Assembly (NCBI GenBank): GCA_008369845.1
Contig: MRSU01003168.1
Coordinates: 1-34,650, forward strand
Direction: 5' to 3'
Source: Trichomonas gallinae
Taxonomy: Eukaryota
DNA length: 34,650 nucleotides
The translations under genes and the position numbers were made by a program. Under the pieces are notes generated by a model. It saw only the letters and a list, made by a program, of their open reading frames with translations, was not told the DNA's origin and searched no databases. Below are positions 28,028 through 34,650 of this stretch, piece after piece (within the stretch, counting starts at the first letter, position 1; every line of letters begins with the position of its first letter).

Positions 28028-28594
28028 TTTATTATAATTATAAAAAGTGACGGTGTAAATATTTTTTCTATACATATTTTATTAATCTCTCTTTTAGTAT
28101 AATGCAATTCTAAATTGGCGCCAATTGTCACTTTTTGGTTTATTTTGCTCAAAATTGTTAAAATCGTCCGAAAACTTAATATTTAGATTAAGAATCCACT
28201 ATAAAACCTATTTTTAACATTAAAATTTTTTTACATCAACTTTATAAATTTTGAATTTTCCAAATCTACATTTTTAGCAGCCAACACTCATTCCATTATT
28301 CTACAAATAGAGTTATTCAATATATTTCATCTCCATTTCCTGGAAATAACTCATTTTTAATTTTTTTCCTTATGCATTCTTCATTTATATATAATAATAC
28401 CATAAAATAATCTAAGAAATCTATTTTACAGCAAATTACATATCTAATATATTATCTACATTTCTTCAATTTCATAATTTTGTTATCAAAAATATTTTGC
28501 TAAATAAACAATTTTATTATTGTTGATTAATAAAAGATTAATGCTTAAAAAAGATTTATAAGATAGTTGAAAAGAGAAAATTTAATTAAAAATT

Positions 28595-31500
28595 TTATGT
28601 ATCAGCCAAGAATTGACTGGAAGCGTCATTGGAGAGAAGCATGTTAGAGTCAAGATTCTTGACATTTGGACTCTTCTTCTTATAGATGAAGTAGACAACA
28701 AAAGCAACAACAACTGCGATTGCAGCAAGGACAGCTATAGCAAGGCCAACCTTCACTGCGATGTTTTTGCCATGCTGGCTGTCATTACCGCACAAATCGG
28801 ACTCCTTGGCATCCTTAATGAAGAATGTCTTGGAGCCGAAGCCATGTTTAACGGATACAGATGATAATTTCTCGCATCCGTCGAAGATTGTTCCGTTGTT
28901 TGTCTGAGAGCCGCAGTAAACGAACTTCTCGAGCTTGACGCAGTTCTTGAAAGCATTTCTTCCGAAGACAGCCTCACTGGCAATCATGACATCTGTCAAC
29001 TGAGAGCATTCTTCGAAAGCACTTGCGTGGATTGTTGTTGATTTAGAATCAATAACAACAGAAGCGATTCCTGAGTTTCTGAAAGCGTTTTCTCCGATCT
29101 TAGAGGCAGTCTTGAATGCATCGAAGTTGGATAACACAATGCAGTCCATGAATGCCTCATCTTCGACGGAGATGACAACAGCAACAAACTCATTGAGTGA
29201 CTTGCAGTCCTTGAACATTGCTTCGCCGAGACTGACTTCGTTTGTTGGAACAACTTTGAATGACTTAAGGTTCATGCATGAAGCGAAGCAGCTTGTGTTG
29301 AAGAATGGATTTGCTGCATTGATTGTTACCGTTTCTAATGCAGAGCACTGGTAGAAAGCTAAGCTGCCTACTGAGATCTTCTCGCCAGAAACAAATGATG
29401 TCAAAGCCTGGCATGAGTAGAAGGCACGGTCACCGATGACTTCGACATTAGATAAGTCGAATGTTTGCAACTTGTTGCAGAACTCGAAGCAGCTATGGCC
29501 GATCTTCTTCAAAGCTGGGCTTGGAACGAATTTCTCGAGATTGATGCAACCAGAGAAAAGCTCGTCGCACATTGATTCGACTGGTGATGTGAACTCCTTG
29601 AGAGCTGTGCAGCCCTTGAATGCCCTGCAGCATGTATGCTTGACATTCTTGATGTCAACCTTCTCTAAGTTTTCGCAGCCCATGAAGACTTCCTTCTCGA
29701 TTCTCTCGATTTCATTTGTGCATGTGAATGTCTTCAAGTTCTTTAAGTTAGAGAATGCACCAAAGTCGATAACTTTGATTGGATAATCGGCATTAAACTC
29801 AACTAATGAGCTGCAGCTGACGAATGAGTAGTTTGAGATTGTGTTCAATCCCTTGACTTTGAATGTTGTCAAAGCCTTACAGTCCTTGAATGATTCAATG
29901 CCAATTTCCCCAACTTCAGCGTCGACTGTGAATGTTGTCAAAGAGCTGCATCCTTTGAAGCATTCATTGCCGATTCTTTCGATTTTAGAATTGGCTGTGA
30001 ATGACTGCAGTTTCTGGCAGTTATAGAACGAGTGGTTTCCGACTGATGTCAATTGAGCGAAGTTTGGAAGTGAAGCTAAGTTAACGCAGTTGTAGAATGC
30101 TCTGTGACCGATAGTTGTGATTTCTGCGATATTAGCTGTGAACTTTGTGAAGTTAATGCAATCTTCGAACATTCCGTCTGGAATTTCAGTGATTTCCTGC
30201 TGGCAGATGAACTCCTGGAGCTTCTCGCAGCCCTTGAAAAGGTTGGCTGGGATTTGTGGTTTTCCGCTAGAAAGAACTAAAGCGAATTTCTCGAGGTTCT
30301 CGTTTTCTCCGAAAGCTTCGACTCCTAAGCAGTTGGCAGCGTTTGTGTGGACTGTGAATGATGTGATATGGCTGCATTTGGCGAATGCGTAGCTTCCGAC
30401 GTGCATGAAATTGCCTGGGAAGACGAAAACGGACAAACTGGAGCAAAAATAGAAACCATAGTCATCAAGGTACATGTTCTGTGCATTGATGATGACTTCT
30501 GTGAGTTGACGTTGGTTTGCGAATGTTGACTTTGTGATGTTAAGCTGTGGGCCTTCGAATCTGAAGTATGCAATCTGTGTGCTTGCACCGAAGTTAGATT
30601 GGCTGACTGTTGTTGGCTGCTTAGCTGTTATTCTGATGCTATAGAGATTGGAGTCAGAGAAAGCAGCAGTTCCTAATGTGAAGCTGTTGCAGCTGACGAA
30701 CAAAGAATATAATTGTGGGCAAAATTCGAATGCATGGTTGTCAAGCTTGATGTCATTGCCTTTGAATATGATAGAATTAATGTGGTTGAATTGCTCTACT
30801 TCTGATGTCTCATAGATAATATCGGAAGCGACATCAATAATTAATGACCTCATTGTAGTCAAATTGTAAAGACCTTTATCGTTAATAACGACAGCACCGC
30901 ACTCGATTGTTAAGCCGAGTAAAGATGGGAAAGATGCTAAAGCATTCTCGTTCAAAGTTAAGTTTTTGTTTCTGAATTGAATTCCAACGACATTTGGCAT
31001 TCCCAATAATGTGGTGTTTGAGATAACGAGGTTGCCCGATCCGATGTGGATAGATGATACGCTTGTGCATCCTTCGAATGCCTCATCTTCGATTGTAAAA
31101 TCAAAATCCTTAGACATATCGCCATTCATGTTGATATTAATAGCTGTAAGCTTGCTGCATCCTGAGAAGGCAGCTCTGCCGATGCTTGTGATTGTTGAAT
31201 TGTATCTGAAATTGACATCATATAATTGTGTGCATCCAGCAAAAGCTTGCTGGCCAATAACGCTAACCTTCAATGCCTGGACATCAACTGACTTCAAATT
31301 GACGCATCCGTGGAACATATACTCAGCAATTTTGTTAACATCTCCTGATGGGTCAGTTAAAGTAACTTTTGTCAAAGTTGAGATAGTTTCGAATGGTGAT
31401 TTATCGAAATCTTGTGAAAGCAATGGAATTATGAGTGTATCGATGCTTAATCCAGAAAATGTATTTATTTTGATTGTTTGAATTGTTGATGGTAATGAAA

Positions 31501-31801
31501 GAGTCTTGATAGCTGTGCCATTGAAAATGTTAGCCCCTAATGTTGTTAATGATGTTACATTAGGAGCAACATTGAAATTAGCTAATTTTTCGAAGCCAGA
31601 GAAAGCTCCATCTTCGATTGTCTTAATTTGGCCTGTAATATTAACTGTGACGATATTTTCTGTTAAATATTTCGCAGTTTCACTTGCGACGATCGAATCT
31701 CCACAACTAATAAGTAATGTACCATTATCATTAGTGTAGCAGTTCGGATCTGACACTCTATTAAGTGATAAGCAGAAGCTCATTAATAAGGGAATCGACA
31801 T
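28595..31801 (-). CDS. bspA: BspA-like TpLRR (LRR_5) type I membrane surface protein, 1068 aa
   Basis: Many IGxxAFxxCxxL repeats (IGQQAFAGCTQL, IGRAAFSGCSKL, IGHRAFYNCVNL, IGDRAFYSCQAL), a short hydrophobic N-terminus, a C-terminal TM (VGLAIAVLAAIAVVVAFVVYFIY) followed by KKK and a short tail. Confidence 0.93.
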   Translation of the reverse strand: MSIPLLMSFCLSLNRVSDPNCYTNDNGTLLISCGDSIVASETAKYLTENIVTVNITGQIKTIEDGAFSGFEKLANFNVAPNVTSLTTLGANIFNGTAIKTLSLPSTIQTIKINTFSGLSIDTLIIPLLSQDFDKSPFETISTLTKVTLTDPSGDVNKIAEYMFHGCVNLKSVDVQALKVSVIGQQAFAGCTQLYDVNFRYNSTITSIGRAAFSGCSKLTAININMNGDMSKDFDFTIEDEAFEGCTSVSSIHIGSGNLVISNTTLLGMPNVVGIQFRNKNLTLNENALASFPSLLGLTIECGAVVINDKGLYNLTTMRSLIIDVASDIIYETSEVEQFNHINSIIFKGNDIKLDNHAFEFCPQLYSLFVSCNSFTLGTAAFSDSNLYSIRITAKQPTTVSQSNFGASTQIAYFRFEGPQLNITKSTFANQRQLTEVIINAQNMYLDDYGFYFCSSLSVFVFPGNFMHVGSYAFAKCSHITSFTVHTNAANCLGVEAFGENENLEKFALVLSSGKPQIPANLFKGCEKLQEFICQQEITEIPDGMFEDCINFTKFTANIAEITTIGHRAFYNCVNLASLPNFAQLTSVGNHSFYNCQKLQSFTANSKIERIGNECFKGCSSLTTFTVDAEVGEIGIESFKDCKALTTFKVKGLNTISNYSFVSCSSLVEFNADYPIKVIDFGAFSNLKNLKTFTCTNEIERIEKEVFMGCENLEKVDIKNVKHTCCRAFKGCTALKEFTSPVESMCDELFSGCINLEKFVPSPALKKIGHSCFEFCNKLQTFDLSNVEVIGDRAFYSCQALTSFVSGEKISVGSLAFYQCSALETVTINAANPFFNTSCFASCMNLKSFKVVPTNEVSLGEAMFKDCKSLNEFVAVVISVEDEAFMDCIVLSNFDAFKTASKIGENAFRNSGIASVVIDSKSTTIHASAFEECSQLTDVMIASEAVFGRNAFKNCVKLEKFVYCGSQTNNGTIFDGCEKLSSVSVKHGFGSKTFFIKDAKESDLCGNDSQHGKNIAVKVGLAIAVLAAIAVVVAFVVYFIYKKKSPNVKNLDSNMLLSNDASSQFLADT

Positions 31802-32304
31802 GACTTAGAAAACAATAAAGTTTTTTTGAAATTTTAAAAAGATTTTGCTTCTTAACCTCTTATTTCAACTACTTATGGCTAATCTAAGTTATTTCTAAAC
31901 TCGATGAGCCAAAATCACAAAATATTGAAATTATGCCATTTGGAGAACTGATATATATTGTATTTTGATTGCGTTTTTCTACTATTGATGTCATATATAT
32001 TCTATATATCTTATTAAAATCACCTATGAACGCCTGTAACGAACTTTTTGTCAGTTTTTTTTTCAAAAAGTGATTTAGATCCCCCTGCATTAATATGATA
32101 GACCCCTTTTTTGAATCTCTCCTGACTTTTCCACTCTACTAACATTCATAAAATACAGTAATAGATAATATGATTATGACTCTGGTATGTCGCAAACAAT
32201 CATATTTTTTATGCAGTTAGATTTTGTCAATGTGCAATTCGTTCATGACAGAATTTTAGAATTTGCTTGAAATTAGAGAGCAATCACTCAGGACTAGGAT
32301 GTTT

Positions 32305-32343
32305 ACTATATACTATATATACTATACTATATATATAATATAG
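32305..32343. repeat. Imperfect (TA)n/TACTA microsatellite
   Basis: tactatatactatatatactatactatatatataatata. Confidence 0.6.
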
Positions 32344-32788
32344 CCGCAATATTGATGTGTTTTCCTGAGTTGTGTCACATTTTTGCAAACTTCTCATTCA
32401 AATTTGTTGCTAAAATGACAGATTTACTTTCCTGAAGTTACTTAATTTTTGACAACTTTGAACTCACATATCTTTTTATATGGAAAACTAACTATAGCCT
32501 GCATTATTTCGCATGCAGAAGATAATGTTAAAATTTTCCGCATGTTGGGCAGTTGCTTAATTGATATCGACTACAATATTGACAGCTCTTATGCACCGAA
32601 ACATGCAATAATGAGAATTTAATGCCTTAGAAAAGTATTTTAAACGAATTTATTGAATTATTGGTTATTATGAGTTTCATATTGAGCAAAAGTTTAAATA
32701 AACACACTGTAGAAATAATTAATTAATCTGCACAAATTCATATATATAAATTACAATATTATTCAATTAGGATAGTAGGAACAATAGT

Positions 32789-33283
32789 TTATTCATCAGA
32801 AAATGAATTGTAATCAATATTAATATCAAAATCAGTTTCAAATGTGTTGAAATCGTCTTCGAATAAATTGAAGCTATCAGAATCATTAGAATCTTGGCTA
32901 TCATTAGATGATACCCTATCAACACAAAGATACAGAACATTCTCTTTTGTTGCATGTCTCCGCATAAGTTTTTTATATTGAGATTTAATTGCATTGTCAG
33001 TTCTTTCAACAAAACGTTTTGCAATTTTCTTCCAATGATTTCCTATCTCTTCAACTTTGGATAGTAGCAAGTAGTTCTCTTGCGGGGTAAATGCTGAAGT
33101 ATTTATTCCATCCTTTAAATAAGAGAAATACCTATCCTTGCATTGTCTCACATTTTTTGTCTTCATTCTCAGAGAAACGTAATCCCAGTTGATTTTGGCA
33201 TTGTTTATGTTGAATTCGTGAATAATGCTCCTTAGCATGGCATCTTCATCAGGAGTAAACCTAGATCTGATGATTCTGGACAT
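32789..33283 (-). CDS. R2R3 Myb-like DNA-binding protein with acidic C-terminal tail, 164 aa
   Basis: RFTPDEDAML...WDYVSLRMKTKNVRQCKDRYFSYL and FTPQENYLLL...GNHWKKIAKRFVERTDNAIKSQY. The ORF-track start at 33301 is TTG; the first ATG is at 33283, with TCAAT upstream. Confidence 0.92.
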   Translation of the reverse strand: MSRIIRSRFTPDEDAMLRSIIHEFNINNAKINWDYVSLRMKTKNVRQCKDRYFSYLKDGINTSAFTPQENYLLLSKVEEIGNHWKKIAKRFVERTDNAIKSQYKKLMRRHATKENVLYLCVDRVSSNDSQDSNDSDSFNLFEDDFNTFETDFDINIDYNSFSDE

Positions 33284-33902
33284 AAAAAGAAATATTGACA
33301 AAATTTTATAAATCTATAAAATCATTGATTTTTTATTTGTCAAAAAGTGCTTCAAAAAGTTTTTTCCTTCAAACAATAAGAAAAGACAGTTTGCGAAAAC
33401 ATTCTATAGGATGTATACTATCGAACTATAATGATTTCAGATTTTCGGTGAAGTTTTTCAGTGCTTTCAATTCTTCTCAAAAAATGGCGATCAAACCGTC
33501 TGATTTTTTAAATAACAGCAATAATATTATATATCATTAAATTTGAAATAATAAAAAATTTTAAGATTGATCCAAATCGACTCATTTGTAAATTCAAAGA
33601 TTTCCAAATCTTATATTGCATTACAATAATCACTATAATCATTATACCGATCACTATGATGTTTATCTTATTGATGGCAGTAATTTTAATATAAAAATCA
33701 ACGAAAATAAATCATTTTATTTTACATGATTAGAGATCATAAAATATTTCGAAGACAATAATATCGATTCTGGCGAAGGTTTAATTAGTGGTATTACATT
33801 CATAGTGTCATGTATGTATAACTTTGTCGCCAATTAGTGTTTGGATAATAAGGCCTACGCAAGTCTCTCACCAGCTGAAATAATTTAATCGGGTAATCAT
33901 AG

Positions 33903-34016
33903 AACTGTGAAGTTATCAATAGCAAATCTATGAAAGGAGACACTCCGCTAGATTGGGCTGCTCGATCTGAAAACTTCGATATATGCAAGCTTCTCAACGA
34001 CAAATATTCTCAATAA
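33903..34016 (+). pseudogene. Isolated ankyrin-repeat remnant
   Basis: The frame between TAG (33900-33902) and TAA (34014-34016) reads NCEVINSKSMKGDTPLDWAARSENFDICKLLNDKYSQ, matching the ankyrin consensus IN.K...G.TPLH.A.......IV.LL. Confidence 0.65.
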
Positions 34017-34269
34017 TCAATTAGTTCTATTATTAATAGGCAATTTGTATCGAAGTATCGTTTCATCTTTTTGAATATATAAATTGTGTGATATCTGCTG
34101 ACGATGAAAAGCTAAACTTGCTAATTAAAATTGTTATAGCAAAATAATGCTGAAAAAAAGTATCAATATAGCCTATATATTGTTCCACAACATGAATGTG
34201 TTGATTTACTATACCTATGGCTGAGAAATTTATGTATCTATATTAATCAAACGCAGATTTTTATATTAC

Positions 34270-34650
34270 TTACTTTTCCTTAGCGTAGATCTTTGTCAAG
34301 ATCTTGTGGACATGCTCCTTTGTGACTGTGCCATGGTAACCGAAATTCTTGCCGCCCATTGACTGCATGACCATGTCAGTGACAGCGTTGACATCATCCT
34401 TGCCGATGACGGCGCCTTCCTGATCGGAAACCTTTGTGAACTGGCCGATCTTGTGGATCCACTCTCTTAACTTCTGGATGAATGCCTTAGCCTTCTCGAG
34501 ATCTGTTCCCTGATGAACACCAAAGACGAATTCAGCAGCGCGGGCCATTGTGTATTGACGTTCGTTGACAAACTCTTCTAAGAACCAAGGAGCAACAATT
34601 GAGAGTGTAGCACCGTGATCAATGCCATACTTAGCTGTGAGCATGTGGCC
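34270..34650 (-). CDS. Iron-containing alcohol dehydrogenase, YqhD/BdhA-like; C-terminal part, begins beyond window end
   Basis: GHMLTAKYGIDHGATLSIV matches YqhD GHELTAMHGLDHAQTLAIV, including two metal-binding His. The ORF-track Met at 34644 is internal. Confidence 0.88.
   Translation of the reverse strand, partial: GHMLTAKYGIDHGATLSIVAPWFLEEFVNERQYTMARAAEFVFGVHQGTDLEKAKAFIQKLREWIHKIGQFTKVSDQEGAVIGKDDVNAVTDMVMQSMGGKNFGYHGTVTKEHVHKILTKIYAKEK

Noticed and set aside
28028..28075. ORF-track N-terminal extension MYRKNIYTVTFYNYNK
   Set aside because: It contains the Inr-like TCACTT and resembles spacer DNA, so ATG 28027 is the more likely start.
15656..31801. BEACH, BAR-like and BspA genes as a co-functional endocytosis cluster
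   Set aside because: BEACH and BspA families are highly expanded in trichomonads and eukaryotic neighbours are rarely functionally linked, so adjacency alone is not evidence. Co-expression or conserved synteny would be required.
33295..33540. 81-aa plus-strand ORF
   Set aside because: It starts at TTG and has no recognisable motif; at most part of a decayed gene.
1..34650. Maverick/Polinton, mariner or other transposons, tRNA/rRNA genes, spliceosomal introns
   Set aside because: I saw no integrase, transposase or polB ORF, terminal inverted repeats, cloverleaf or ACTAACACACAG-type intron end by eye. Small or degenerate elements could have been missed.

Overview
This is AT-rich eukaryotic DNA with long uninterrupted ORFs, most consistent with a trichomonad (Trichomonas vaginalis-like). 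The assignment is inferred from the gene families (BspA/TpLRR, BEACH, short R2R3 Myb, bacterial-type Fe-ADH, ankyrin remnants), TCAYT initiator-like motifs just upstream of ATGs, and frequent TAA+A stops. There are 11 protein-coding genes, 10 on the minus strand. In order: a YqhD/BdhA-type iron-containing alcohol dehydrogenase (5' part, missed by the ORF track), a rearranged Spt5-like protein, a full-length Piezo channel, a coiled-coil protein, a DUF985 cupin, a ConA-PH-BEACH-WD40 protein, a BAR-like protein, an acidic low-complexity protein, a BspA-like surface protein, an R2R3 Myb, and a second Fe-ADH (3' part). Several spacers hold probable decayed ankyrin/DUF3447 remnants, and one holds a ~198-bp tandem duplication. 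I see no RNA genes, CRISPR array or intact transposon, and no convincing novel multi-gene system. The strongest leads are single genes: an Spt5-like protein whose KOW2-3 appear replaced by a charged AT-hook-like insert, a Piezo with substitutions at known gating/selectivity positions, and a BAR-like protein with endocytic motifs. All family assignments and alignments were made by eye against remembered sequences, not by database search.
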